Positions 21,458-31,163 of a DNA stretch of 61,663 bases are shown one piece after another. Position numbers and translations under genes: made by a program. Position 1 is the stretch's first letter. The number at the start of each line of letters is the position of its first letter. The stretch is from assembly GCA_964526505.1 (NCBI GenBank), contig CAZGJC010000005.1:1-61663 (forward strand), read 5' to 3'. This DNA comes from an uncultured Clostridium sp. (GTDB taxonomy: Bacteria > Bacillota > Clostridia > Oscillospirales > CAG-272). The notes under the pieces are model-generated. The model did not search any database and was not told the origin of the DNA. It saw nothing but the letters and a program-made list of their open reading frames with translations.

Positions 21458-21495
21458 AAAAAATTTACCCACGGAAAATTTTCCGTGGGTAAATT
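21458..21495 (-). terminator. intrinsic terminator after the esterase lipoprotein gene
   Basis: Perfect 34-bp palindrome AATTTACCCACGGAAAATTTTCCGTGGGTAAATT followed by a T-run on the minus strand. Confidence 0.85.
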
Positions 21496-21502
21496 AAGTT
21501 TA

Positions 21503-23986
21503 TCAATCATTTATCAAGCCTTTAAGGCGAAGCATTCCCTCACCCATAAGTTGACCCAATATTATCATACTGTCGCCGTACAAATGTGCGTAGTCACCTT
21601 CAAGACCGTTAGTTCCTTTGGAAGTAAGCGAATCTGCATATACAAGATATGAATTTTTTATGTTGCAATTGCTGTTTTCGGAATATTCCTTTTCATCATA
21701 GTTATACATCATTCCGCAGTTGTTTTTCTTCGCCTCGTTAACAATGTCGGAATGAGTCCATTTAATGGTGCCTTCCTGAGTGTCCTGGATTGCATAGTTA
21801 ATAAATGAAATTCCGTCATTTGAAGCGTACATTGCAAAATCCGAGCGAACCGCTCTTACAAGCATCTGCTCGTACGCTTCGTATTGATCGGCACTATCTT
21901 TCTGTGCTGAATCGGATTCACCTTGAATCCAGAAAAATGACTGTATTTGAACGTTGTAACTATTTGACAAATACTCAATGGATTCATCAATATATTTAAC
22001 CATTTGGTTGTAAAGATAATCACCCATATCATCTACAAGATCGTATGTACCATGCAATCCTTCGAACCATTGTCCGTTCAGGAACGTTCCGGCGGCGGTA
22101 AACTTTATAATATAAAGCGGTGTTTCATCTGCATAACCGTTCGCCGTAAGATATTCTACGATACCGTATTCGGGACCGATAGACGTTCTTGCATCATTGG
22201 GTCCGTTATATCCTTCCGCACCGACACCTATCTTATATTCTTCAAAGCCATCGGTTGCAAAAAATGTCTTCCACAATCCGTCTGCACCCACGTTTATATT
22301 GTTGGCTTTTATGTAGACGTTATTATACGTTTTATCTATCAATTGGGAAGGTATACCGCCGTTCCATCTGGAAGCACCGTATGCGTTAGACTGACCCGAA
22401 ATTATAATAACGTTTGCCACAGGCTTATCTGACGTTGTGTTTTTTGACGTTACGTTTATTGTCCACTCGGCAAATTTAACACATATCCCATTGTCAAACT
22501 GTGCCACGAACACAACTGTGTGTTGTCCGTTTGAAAGACCTGTGGTATCAATATCAATATCAAACCCTTTTACTTTGTTGCCGGCAACGTCCGATGGATT
22601 AGCCTCATTAGTATTCTCCTTGTCGATCTTCGATGCAGTCGTTGCCTTAATTGTCACAAGTCCTTCCGTATTATCGTCAAAATAATATCCGAATTTTGAA
22701 GCGGATACGTTCTTTTCCGTTGATTTATAGTAAAATCCCGCATAACCTTTTGCCAAAAGGGATACGCTTTGATAAAGCGATGAGAAGTTTACCCCCCCCG
22801 TCGCCGTATCGATAGCGGCTACGGTTGCACTTCTAAATTCTCCCACAGACTCAGATATAAAATTCTTTTCAACTGTACCAACGCCGAACGTTTGGAACTT
22901 AAATCCAGCTATCTCGGGCATTTCTCTCGCCGTTTCCTCTTTTCCACATCTTTGGCAAGGATTTATATCATATATACTCTTGTACAGGTGTCCGAGACTC
23001 TTCACCAATGTATTGTGGCATACAGTACACTTTTGAGGCGTTGTACACGTGGCTTCCGCACCGGGCGTATGTGGAACGTCTTCTTTTCTGGATATCAATT
23101 CACGGCAAACGGTACAGTATATGTCAACTAAGCAAGGATATCCATTCTGAGGTGTATGCTCTCCTTTGGCGACGATTACTTCTTGCTCCTTAATTACCGT
23201 TTTGCATACAGAGCAAATAATACCGTCTGTAAGTCCGTCCTCGGTACACGTTGCCGCATAGCCCTTAACAACTTCTTCAACGTGACCTGTCTTTTCAGCC
23301 AAAACCTCTTTACAAACAAGACAAGTTTGGTCTTTTGTACAAGTGGCGGCGGACACACTCGGTTTGTGACCCGTTGCTTTTTGAACTTTGCTTGCAACCT
23401 TTACGTCACCGCAAATTTCGCAGATTTCGCTTTCGGTATATCCGTCCTCTGTACATGTTGCGGATTTCGCGGGAATGGTAACGTATGAGTGCAAACAAAC
23501 TTTTTCAAGAACTATTGTCACTTCAACACTGTCGCCTTCAAAATAATATTCCTCTTCTTTATCTGCGGGATATTCTTCGGGAGACGACAAAACGTGAGCA
23601 TAAGGATTTCCGCCCTTGTAATATTTAATAGTTACTTTTCCTTCGGCATTTGTTTTATTGGTTGATGAACATCCGGAATCACTGCAAACGCCTACCTGAA
23701 CACCGGAGATGGGGTTGCCGTCTTTATCAACTACCGTAATCTTATATTCTGTCAATTTATTTTCAGTAACGGAAGTATCAACTTCTCCGCCACCCGATTC
23801 ACCCTCGGTGGTGATTTCGGTGTTATCTTCACCGTTATTCGTGTTGTTTTCGCTTTCCGATATGCTGTCACTCTCGGACTGCTTCTCGTCCCCGTCACAG
23901 GCAACCGCAAAAAGCATAAACGAAAGCAAAACAAATATCGCCATCGCTATTCCGAGATAGCGTTTAAGCATTTTTCTTGCTTGCAT
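21503..23986 (-). CDS. modular lipoprotein with Cys/His repeats and a C-terminal SGNH acetylesterase (SASA/CE6-like) domain
   Basis: Lipobox-like FAVA-C, acidic linker, Ig-like domain, repeats, then GQSNA, WIQGESD and DYAH catalytic blocks; start at 23986 (AAGGAGG RBS). Confidence 0.8.
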   Translation of the reverse strand: MQARKMLKRYLGIAMAIFVLLSFMLFAVACDGDEKQSESDSISESENNTNNGEDNTEITTEGESGGGEVDTSVTENKLTEYKITVVDKDGNPISGVQVGVCSDSGCSSTNKTNAEGKVTIKYYKGGNPYAHVLSSPEEYPADKEEEYYFEGDSVEVTIVLEKVCLHSYVTIPAKSATCTEDGYTESEICEICGDVKVASKVQKATGHKPSVSAATCTKDQTCLVCKEVLAEKTGHVEEVVKGYAATCTEDGLTDGIICSVCKTVIKEQEVIVAKGEHTPQNGYPCLVDIYCTVCRELISRKEDVPHTPGAEATCTTPQKCTVCHNTLVKSLGHLYKSIYDINPCQRCGKEETAREMPEIAGFKFQTFGVGTVEKNFISESVGEFRSATVAAIDTATGGVNFSSLYQSVSLLAKGYAGFYYKSTEKNVSASKFGYYFDDNTEGLVTIKATTASKIDKENTNEANPSDVAGNKVKGFDIDIDTTGLSNGQHTVVFVAQFDNGICVKFAEWTINVTSKNTTSDKPVANVIIISGQSNAYGASRWNGGIPSQLIDKTYNNVYIKANNINVGADGLWKTFFATDGFEEYKIGVGAEGYNGPNDARTSIGPEYGIVEYLTANGYADETPLYIIKFTAAGTFLNGQWFEGLHGTYDLVDDMGDYLYNQMVKYIDESIEYLSNSYNVQIQSFFWIQGESDSAQKDSADQYEAYEQMLVRAVRSDFAMYASNDGISFINYAIQDTQEGTIKWTHSDIVNEAKKNNCGMMYNYDEKEYSENSNCNIKNSYLVYADSLTSKGTNGLEGDYAHLYGDSMIILGQLMGEGMLRLKGLIND
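22946..23497 (-). repeat. about six tandem protein repeats H-x(n)-C-x(n)-CxxC (ATCT-type)
   Basis: ATCTEDG..CEIC, ATCTKDQTCLVC, ATCTEDG..CSVC, YPCLVDIYCTVC, ATCTTPQKCTVC, NPCQRC, each preceded by His. Confidence 0.85.
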
Positions 23987-24036
23987 ATAGTCCTCCTTTA
24001 TCGGCGTATACACACCGAAAATATTTTATCAGTGTA

Positions 24037-24065
24037 ATTTTATCATATTGAAACACTTTTGTCAA
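24037..24065 (-). promoter_or_regulatory. sigma-A promoter for the esterase lipoprotein
   Basis: TTGACA-17bp-TAAAAT with an extended TG. Confidence 0.8.
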
Positions 24066-24219
24066 CAAACACAAATAAAGATTAACAATTTCTTTTTATT
24101 CTTTTCAGAAAAATCTCATAATCATATTGCAACAATCACCGAAATACCTGTAAAACTTCACATTTATTTAACAAAAAAATGGTATCATTACTTATATTAT
24201 TTTTTTGAAGGAGTTTTAA

Positions 24220-27200
24220 ATGTTACAACTTAATAACATTCTGAAAACCTACGTTTCCGGCGACGGTGAAGTCGAAGCACTCAAAGGCATAAGTCTTCGT
24301 TTTCGCAAAAGCGAATTCGTTTCGATTCTCGGTCAGTCGGGATGTGGCAAAACTACGTTGCTTAACATCATAGGCGGTTTGGACAGATATACTTCGGGCG
24401 ATCTCATAATCAACGGCAAATCCACAAAAACTTTCAAGGATGCCGATTGGGACGCTTACAGAAATCACTCTATCGGATTTGTATTCCAAAGTTACAACTT
24501 AATTCCCCACCAAACAGTACTTGCAAACGTAGAATTGGCACTCACTCTGTCGGGTGTATCCAAATCCGAAAGACGTGAGCGTGCAAAAGAAGCGTTAAAG
24601 CAAGTGGGACTCGGTGACCAAATGAACAAAAAGCCGACTCAAATGTCAGGCGGTCAAATGCAAAGAGTTGCAATAGCAAGAGCGTTGGTAAACAATCCCG
24701 ATATACTTCTTGCAGACGAACCCACAGGAGCTCTTGACACAAAAACAAGCGTTCAAATTATGGACATTCTCAAAGAAGTTTCCAAGGACAGGCTTGTTAT
24801 TATGGTAACACACAATCCCGAACTTGCAGAAGAATATTCGACGAGAATAGTACGTTTGAGTGACGGCTTGGTTGTAGACGACACCGACCCCTATAACGCA
24901 ACCGAAGATACGTCGTCAATCGATGCAATGCCCATTACGGCAAAAGAGGTCAAGAACAAAAAATCTTCAAAATCAAAAGAGCAAAAAAAGCCGAAGATGT
25001 CGTTCTTCACCGCACTGTCACTGTCTCTCAATAACCTTTTCACCAAAAAGGGACGAACCGTTATGACGTCGTTTGCGGGAAGCATAGGAATTATAGGAAT
25101 CGCACTCATTCTTTCCCTTTCAAACGGAATACAGTTATTTATCAATCAGGTTCAGGAAGACACTCTTTCAACCTATCCGCTGTCAATACAAAAAGAAACC
25201 CAGGATTTTTCTGCAATGCTGTCCGCAATGACGTCGGTAAGCAACGAAGGAAATTTTGATGACCCCACAAAGATTTACGTTGACGACTCACTCGGAACAA
25301 TGATGTCCGCAATGACGTCTACCGTAAGCAACAACCTCGAAGCGTTCAAAAAATATCTTGATGAACACGCAAGCGATCTTGATGGTCACGTAAGTGACAT
25401 ACAGTACACATACAATATGGACTTGCAAATATACGCTTCCGACGGAAAAACAAAGGTTGGTCTTACCGATATGATAAAAAATATGGGTGAAGATTACGCA
25501 AGTCTTGCGTCCCTTATGGAAAGCACGGGTTCAAGCACTATGAACGCTTTCAGCGAGATGATAAACAATCAAGATCTGCTCAATCAGCAGTATGAAATAA
25601 TTGACGGAACTTGGCCCACAAAATCGAACGAAGTTGTGCTTGTAATCGGTAAAAACAATCAAATAAGCAAACTTACTCTCTATATGCTCGGCGTTCTTGA
25701 TCAAAGCGAACTTGAAGACATAATGAAATCGCTTATGACAGACGGCGAATATGACACCACTCCCATCGACCCGTACGATATGGACGATTTTCTCGGTATG
25801 AAATTCTATCTTCTTACAAATTCGGATTTTTACCGTGAAACAGACAAAACGTACACAAGTTCAGATGGAACAACCTACCCCATTTGGAGCGACATTCGCA
25901 ACGACGTCGAATATATTTCGGACAGCGATAAACTCAACGAATACATCAAGGCAAACGGCACAGAACTCACTATATCCGGAATAATCCGTCCGAGAGTTGA
26001 CGCAACGTCTACGTCCATTTCTGGTGTCATAGGATATACAAAATCACTTACCGACGAGTTGCTTGCAAAGAACTCAAAGAGTGAGGTTATCAATCAGCAA
26101 AAGAAAACACCCTCAACCAATATCCTCACAGGACTTGAATTCGAAAGAACTCACTATACTCCCGAAACAATCGGAAATCTCATAAACAAAATAGACGACG
26201 CAACAATGCAACAGTTCTATTCGTATATGACAAAACTCATTCTTGAAAACGAGGATTTTTCAAGCAGGCTTGACGTAAAAGACAAGGATTCTTTCACACA
26301 AATATTCTTCCTTATGCCCCGTGACTCTCAAATATCGCTTGTGGAAAGTATGCTTTCGGTGGCAAACGCAACAAATCCAAGCGGTATGTCGTTGCTTTGC
26401 AAAACCCTGTCGGAATCCATGCAAAACGTTACCGTTACACCCGAAAACGTTACAACGCTTATGCCGATTATGGACAATCAGCAACTTTATATTCTCATAG
26501 CAGGCGTTCAGGCAAGTGAATTGCTTCCGTTCAGCATCAACGGTTTATGTGACCTTGCAGGCGAGGAAACAATGTCCGGCATATATGCGTATATGTCAGA
26601 GCAGTTAAAGCAAATGACCGTTACGGAAGATATATTCTTAGCCCTCCTCGGAACAATGAGTGCAGATGACGAAGACTTTATTATTCTCGAAGAAACCCTC
26701 TACAAATTTGCACCCAACACCGATGCAACTTACGACTCCAACCTTACACTTTTAGGTGATGCGGAAAAAGCGTCACCCGCTTCGATAAATTTTTATGCAA
26801 AAGATTTTGAATCCAAGGAATATATAGAAGATTTCATCAAGAAATATAATGATTCCGTTGACGAAAAGGATAAACTTCAATATACCGACCTTGTCGGCAC
26901 AATGATGTCTTCCGTATCGACAATAATAAATGTAATTTCATACGTACTTATCGCTTTCGTCGCAATTTCGCTTGTTGTTTCCTCTATAATGATAGGAATC
27001 ATCACTAATATATCTGTTCTTGAAAGAACCAAGGAAATCGGAATTTTGCGTGCGATCGGTGCGTCGAAAAAAGACGTATCCCGTGTATTCAACGCAGAAA
27101 CGTTTATCATCGGTCTTTGTGCGGGCGTTATGGGAATAGTTATTACAGTTCTTCTCTGCCTGCCCACTAATGCGATAATTCAAAATCTCACGGGATTTAC

Positions 27201-27339
27201 AAATATAAAGGCATCACTTCCCGTAGTGGCCGCATTTATTCTTATAGCAATAAGTATGTTGCTCACGGTCATCGCCGGTATTATACCGTCACGTGCCGCC
27301 GCAAAGAAAGATCCCGTTGAGGCTCTGAGAAGTGAATAA
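24220..27339 (+). CDS. fused ABC ATPase/permease, MacB/FtsX (type VII) family, with a large extracellular domain
   Basis: GQSGCGKTT, MSGGQMQR, LLADEPTG; one TM, then a ~600 aa ectodomain, then an FtsX domain (SVLERTKEIGILRAIGA, AAKKDPVEALRSE). Confidence 0.93.
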   Translation: MLQLNNILKTYVSGDGEVEALKGISLRFRKSEFVSILGQSGCGKTTLLNIIGGLDRYTSGDLIINGKSTKTFKDADWDAYRNHSIGFVFQSYNLIPHQTVLANVELALTLSGVSKSERRERAKEALKQVGLGDQMNKKPTQMSGGQMQRVAIARALVNNPDILLADEPTGALDTKTSVQIMDILKEVSKDRLVIMVTHNPELAEEYSTRIVRLSDGLVVDDTDPYNATEDTSSIDAMPITAKEVKNKKSSKSKEQKKPKMSFFTALSLSLNNLFTKKGRTVMTSFAGSIGIIGIALILSLSNGIQLFINQVQEDTLSTYPLSIQKETQDFSAMLSAMTSVSNEGNFDDPTKIYVDDSLGTMMSAMTSTVSNNLEAFKKYLDEHASDLDGHVSDIQYTYNMDLQIYASDGKTKVGLTDMIKNMGEDYASLASLMESTGSSTMNAFSEMINNQDLLNQQYEIIDGTWPTKSNEVVLVIGKNNQISKLTLYMLGVLDQSELEDIMKSLMTDGEYDTTPIDPYDMDDFLGMKFYLLTNSDFYRETDKTYTSSDGTTYPIWSDIRNDVEYISDSDKLNEYIKANGTELTISGIIRPRVDATSTSISGVIGYTKSLTDELLAKNSKSEVINQQKKTPSTNILTGLEFERTHYTPETIGNLINKIDDATMQQFYSYMTKLILENEDFSSRLDVKDKDSFTQIFFLMPRDSQISLVESMLSVANATNPSGMSLLCKTLSESMQNVTVTPENVTTLMPIMDNQQLYILIAGVQASELLPFSINGLCDLAGEETMSGIYAYMSEQLKQMTVTEDIFLALLGTMSADDEDFIILEETLYKFAPNTDATYDSNLTLLGDAEKASPASINFYAKDFESKEYIEDFIKKYNDSVDEKDKLQYTDLVGTMMSSVSTIINVISYVLIAFVAISLVVSSIMIGIITNISVLERTKEIGILRAIGASKKDVSRVFNAETFIIGLCAGVMGIVITVLLCLPTNAIIQNLTGFTNIKASLPVVAAFILIAISMLLTVIAGIIPSRAAAKKDPVEALRSE

Positions 27340-27350
27340 TTCACACAAAC

Positions 27351-27381
27351 AAAAATCCGACTCACATGAGTCGGATTTTTT
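27351..27381. terminator. bidirectional intrinsic terminator
   Basis: AAAAATCCGACTCA-CA-TGAGTCGGATTTTTT between convergent genes. Confidence 0.9.
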
Positions 27382-27397
27382 CTATTTAAAGATTTTA

Positions 27398-27574
27398 TCA
27401 ATCTAATTCCATATCATTTATGAGTTCAAACTCTTCCTTTGATGCACCGCATACAGGGCAAACCCAGTCTTCGGGAATATCCTCAAAATCGGTTCCCTCC
27501 GCAATTCCGTTTTCCGTATCTCCGTCTTCGGAAGAATACTCATAACCGCAAAGTGTACACGCATAAATACTCAT
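27398..27574 (-). CDS. rubredoxin
   Basis: [10 protein letters not shown]...[17 protein letters not shown]; start at 27574 (AAGGAGG RBS). Confidence 0.95.
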   Translation of the reverse strand: MSIYACTLCGYEYSSEDGDTENGIAEGTDFEDIPEDWVCPVCGASKEEFELINDMELD

Positions 27575-27626
27575 ATTATTGTCCTCCTTATCTGAATAAT
27601 TAGCCGTGTCGAAAAACACCTATAAT

Positions 27627-27655
27627 ATAATATTACAAAGCATACGGTTTGTCAA
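27627..27655 (-). promoter_or_regulatory. sigma-A promoter for rubredoxin
   Basis: TTGACA-17bp-TATTAT. Confidence 0.7.
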
Positions 27656-27671
27656 TATATATTTTATAAAA

Positions 27672-27699
27672 TCATAAATTTTTTTCAGCGTCATATAAT
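27672..27699 (+). promoter_or_regulatory. sigma-E-like (mother cell) promoter for the spoVB-like gene
   Basis: TCATAAA-13bp-CATATAAT resembles the sigma-E consensus; spoVB is a known sigma-E target. Confidence 0.55.
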
Positions 27700-27730
27700 T
27701 TTCCATATAAAGCATACGAAAGGCTATATT

Positions 27731-29272
27731 ATGGCGTCGAGGACGAGAACATTTTTTCTGAATTTTCTATCACTTACAACAACTGCACTTATTATACGAG
27801 GCGTGGGGGTTGCATTTAACGTTTTTGTATCAAATAAAGCAGGGGCTGAGGCTATGGGACTTTATTCCCTGCTCGGTGGCATATATGCCTTTGCGGTGAC
27901 CGTAGGATGTGCCGGGATAAATCTCGGCACCACACGCAAAATATCGGACGCTCTCGGTTCGAGTGACAAACCGCTCGCACTGCAAACAATAAAAAAAGCA
28001 CTTATGTGTGCTTTCGTATCAAGTGTTTGTACAACTTTTATTTTGTTTGGTCTTTCGGGAGTAATCGGAAAAATAGTACTTGGCGACATAAGAGTTGTAA
28101 TCTCTTTGAGAATATTATCACTGTCGATTATCCCCGTGGCAATATGCTCTTGTCTTTCCGGATATTTCACTGCCGTTAGACGAGTAAAAGCAATGTCTTT
28201 AATTCAAATGGCACTTCAAGGCATAAAAATAATTTTAACGTTCATATTCCTCAATCAATTTATAAATTTGGGTGCCGAATACGCTTGTATCGCTCTTGTT
28301 CTCGGAAACGTTTTAACTGAATTTGTATCTCTCTGCACTTCAATTACCATGTATAAATACGATATAAAAAGACACTTCAATGAGACAGAAATATCGAAAA
28401 CAACAAAATCAGTAACAAAAAGCATACTATCCATTACTATTCCCGTAACTATAAGTGCCTGTGTACGTTCCGGTTTTACAACTTTGCAACACATATTGAT
28501 TCCGAAAGGATTAAAATCAAGCGGAGAATCTTGGTCATCAGCCCTTGCGTCATACGGCACACTCCACAGCATGGTTATGCCTATAATTTTATTTCCTTCT
28601 GCAATCATTTCGTCATTTTCCGGTCTCCTTATACCGGAAGTTGCGGAATGCAAAGCAAAAGGAGACACCGAGCGTTTAAAAAGAATTGCATATCGCATAT
28701 TAACCTTGTCACTCATTTTTTCGATAGGAACCTCAGGCACTATGATAGTCTATTCACACGCCTTGGGAATGGCGATTTATAACAGCGAAGACGTTGCATA
28801 CTACATCAAAACAATGGCACCTTTGATACCGATAATGTACATAGACAGTGCTGTTGATGCAATACTTAAAGGCACCGGACACGAAATTTATTCTATGAAC
28901 GTTAATATTGCAGACGCACTTACCGCTTGTATATTGGCAGTGCTTTTAATTCCGAAAATGGGACTTATGGGATACGTCGTGTCAATATATGCCACCGAAA
29001 TTCTAAATACGTTTTTAAGCCTTGTTAAAATGATTTCGGTAACTGATATGAAATTCAAAATCTTTCACCAGGTATTTATGCCTATAATATGTATTTTGGG
29101 AGCAACAAACATATCGCATATTATGCTTTTATTTCTTGATATAAAAAATCAAGTCGCAGATCTTACCATCCACATTGCTCTTTCAATAATAATTTATGTG
29201 TTTTTACTCTATGTAACTCAAACGTTCGGAAAAGATGAACGGGAGGTTGCTCTCTTTGCATTGAAAAAATAA
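27731..29272 (+). CDS. SpoVB-like MOP-superfamily flippase (polysaccharide/lipid II)
   Basis: About 14 TMs; GAEAMGLY, ILIPKGL..SG, ALASYG.L..M.MP..LFP, AILKG.G patterns of SpoVB. Confidence 0.8.
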   Translation: MASRTRTFFLNFLSLTTTALIIRGVGVAFNVFVSNKAGAEAMGLYSLLGGIYAFAVTVGCAGINLGTTRKISDALGSSDKPLALQTIKKALMCAFVSSVCTTFILFGLSGVIGKIVLGDIRVVISLRILSLSIIPVAICSCLSGYFTAVRRVKAMSLIQMALQGIKIILTFIFLNQFINLGAEYACIALVLGNVLTEFVSLCTSITMYKYDIKRHFNETEISKTTKSVTKSILSITIPVTISACVRSGFTTLQHILIPKGLKSSGESWSSALASYGTLHSMVMPIILFPSAIISSFSGLLIPEVAECKAKGDTERLKRIAYRILTLSLIFSIGTSGTMIVYSHALGMAIYNSEDVAYYIKTMAPLIPIMYIDSAVDAILKGTGHEIYSMNVNIADALTACILAVLLIPKMGLMGYVVSIYATEILNTFLSLVKMISVTDMKFKIFHQVFMPIICILGATNISHIMLLFLDIKNQVADLTIHIALSIIIYVFLLYVTQTFGKDEREVALFALKK

Positions 29273-29275
29273 TCG

Positions 29276-29920
29276 TTATTCATCAATGTGAATTTTAGGA
29301 AGTTTCCAGCGATATTTTGTTGCCAAAATTCTCAATATTACCATCATAAGAACCGGAATCACAACGGTAATTACCGCCTCTCCAAGCCATATTCTCAAAA
29401 TATAATAAATAACACTACCTCCGACAGATATCACGGCATACACGTGTTTTTTCAGTATATATGGAGTCTCGTTTGCAAGAACGTCTCTGATTACACCGCC
29501 ACCGACCCCCGTGAGGACGCCGAGCGTTACCGATAAAAACACTTTGTCTCCGAGATTATGTGCAAAGGCAATTTCCGTTCCCATAACAGTGAACGTACCT
29601 AATCCTATTGCGTCAAACAAATTGTTTATATGCTCGATTTTTCTTCTGAATTGAGTGAATTTATGCCTATTGATGTATGAAATCACAAACACAGTCAGCG
29701 ACACGACAACCGCAATAAAAACAATATAAAACCTTGAAAAAATTGCGGGCGGTTCCGCTCCTATAAGCACATCTCTCAAAATACCTCCACCCACCGCAGT
29801 TGTGCAACCAAGCAAAACAACACCGAAAAGGTCAAGCCCCGCTTGTATTGAAATAAGTGCTCCCGACATTGCAAATGCAATGGTTCCTACTATTTCAAGA
29901 ATAGATAAAGCAATATCCAT
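29276..29920 (-). CDS. trimeric intracellular cation channel (TRIC/UPF0126, YadS-like) membrane protein
   Basis: Duplicated TAVGGGILRD and TGVGGGVIRD motifs. Confidence 0.92.
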   Translation of the reverse strand: MDIALSILEIVGTIAFAMSGALISIQAGLDLFGVVLLGCTTAVGGGILRDVLIGAEPPAIFSRFYIVFIAVVVSLTVFVISYINRHKFTQFRRKIEHINNLFDAIGLGTFTVMGTEIAFAHNLGDKVFLSVTLGVLTGVGGGVIRDVLANETPYILKKHVYAVISVGGSVIYYILRIWLGEAVITVVIPVLMMVILRILATKYRWKLPKIHIDE

Positions 29921-29957
29921 ATTATTTCTCCGAACTCTATAATAATCAGTAAATTGT

Positions 29958-29986
29958 ATTATACCACACTGTACAATTTAAGTCAA
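29958..29986 (-). promoter_or_regulatory. sigma-A promoter for the TRIC gene
   Basis: TTGACT-17bp-TATAAT with an extended TG. Confidence 0.85.
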
Positions 29987-30019
29987 TAAAAAGGATGGGT
30001 TTTTACCCATCCTTTTTAT
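29986..30019 (-). terminator. intrinsic terminator after the zinc-ribbon gene
   Basis: ATAAAAAGGATGGGT-TTTT-ACCCATCCTTTTTAT. Confidence 0.85.
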
Positions 30020-30091
30020 CGCTTGTAAACTATATGTAACTGAAATTAAAAACGGAAATCTGCCGTTACAGTAATAGATTTATAAAAATGA

Positions 30092-30424
30092 TCAGTGCGA
30101 TCTTCTTTCTTCGTAGCACTTACTGCAATAAACAGGTCTGTCACTTCTGGGTTGGAAAGGAACCTTCGCCTCTGCACCGCATTCACTGCAAATTGCCGTG
30201 TACATTTCACGTTCAGGCTTTTCGGCATTTTTTCTCTTGTTGCGACATTCTCTGCAAGCCTTAGGCTGATGTACGTAACCCTTTTCGTTGTAGAACGCCT
30301 GCTCACCTGCCGTAAATACAAATTCCTGTCCACAGTCTTTGCATATAAGCGTTATATCCTCATATACGTTCTCTGCCACCTGTGCGTCGGATTCTATTCC
30401 TTCAACCTTAACTTCTTCACACAT
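30092..30424 (-). CDS. double zinc-ribbon protein (zf-trcl-like plus CxxC-x17-CxxC domain)
   Basis: CKDCGQEFVFTAGEQAFY..PKACREC and CSECG..VPFQPRSDRPVYCSKC. Confidence 0.9.
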   Translation of the reverse strand: MCEEVKVEGIESDAQVAENVYEDITLICKDCGQEFVFTAGEQAFYNEKGYVHQPKACRECRNKRKNAEKPEREMYTAICSECGAEAKVPFQPRSDRPVYCSKCYEERRSH

Positions 30425-30515
30425 TGTTTTAATTACCTCACTTTAATTGTAAATAATGTTGTCCATTCCGCTTTAAATGGAATATATAAACTCTCGTCGA
30501 GAATTTATTAAATTT

Positions 30516-31118
30516 TCAGTCCGTAAGAAGTTTCCTCAGTTTCTTTCGGATTCTGTATATTGCATTGCTAACAGACTTCTCGTTTTCGGAGTTTACGGAA
30601 CGTGAAATATCTTTTGTTGACATTCCGGATACATAAAGCCACCATACCCGTGCCTCAAACGGGGACAGGCTCTTTTCAATTACGTCTATAAGCATCTGCA
30701 CCTTTTCTTCTTCAATAACTTTCTGTAATGGATCAACCGATACACATTGTATATTGGATTCGTTGATGTCGGCGACAAAGTTCAAGTTTCTTTTGCTTCT
30801 TGAACTGTACGCTCTCAAAAAAGTTATAAGCCTGTTATTTATACATATTTTTGCATACAAACCAAAATCCACTTTGTCGTCATCACATCGATAACTGCAC
30901 ACAGCATCACAAAAAGCACTTATTGCCTCTTCATGTAAATCATTTACGTCCTGTCTTGACATACATTCAACAAAATGGGAACTCACTTGTGAATTTATCA
31001 ACGGTAAATATCTTAATTTTAGCTGTCGGAGAGACTCCACACTACCGTCTCTCGCCTTTTGTATTAAACGGATTATCTCGTTTTTTGATGGCTTTTCTTT
31101 ATTTTGTTCGCAAAGCAT
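30516..31118 (-). CDS. sigma-70 family alternative sigma factor, SigH-like
   Basis: Region 2 (DLHEEA, FGLYAKICINNRL) and region 4 HTH (LSPFEARVW, KSVSNAIYRIRKKL); start uncertain (31118-31154). Confidence 0.8.
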   Translation of the reverse strand: MLCEQNKEKPSKNEIIRLIQKARDGSVESLRQLKLRYLPLINSQVSSHFVECMSRQDVNDLHEEAISAFCDAVCSYRCDDDKVDFGLYAKICINNRLITFLRAYSSRSKRNLNFVADINESNIQCVSVDPLQKVIEEEKVQMLIDVIEKSLSPFEARVWWLYVSGMSTKDISRSVNSENEKSVSNAIYRIRKKLRKLLTD

Positions 31119-31163
31119 ATTCATCACCATCACAAAAGTACTATGTATAAACACATTGTATTA

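Noticed and set aside
21462-21495. Perfect 34-bp palindrome as a mobile element end or CRISPR repeat
   Set aside because: Single copy, 7 nt after a stop codon, with a U-tail; explained as a terminator. The other hairpins in the window differ in sequence, so there is no repeat family.
23013-23030. CTVCH motif suggesting a c-type heme site
   Set aside because: It is one member of the CxxC repeat series; the other repeats lack the adjacent His and no cytochrome c maturation genes are present.
17901-24013. ABC pair plus esterase lipoprotein as a genomic island
   Set aside because: It looks slightly richer in CG by eye, but I could not quantify this, and there is no integrase, flanking direct repeat or tRNA boundary.
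27607-27613. TGTCGAA Spo0A-like box between rubredoxin and the spoVB-like gene
   Set aside because: A single 7-mer within chance expectation and with no supporting second site.
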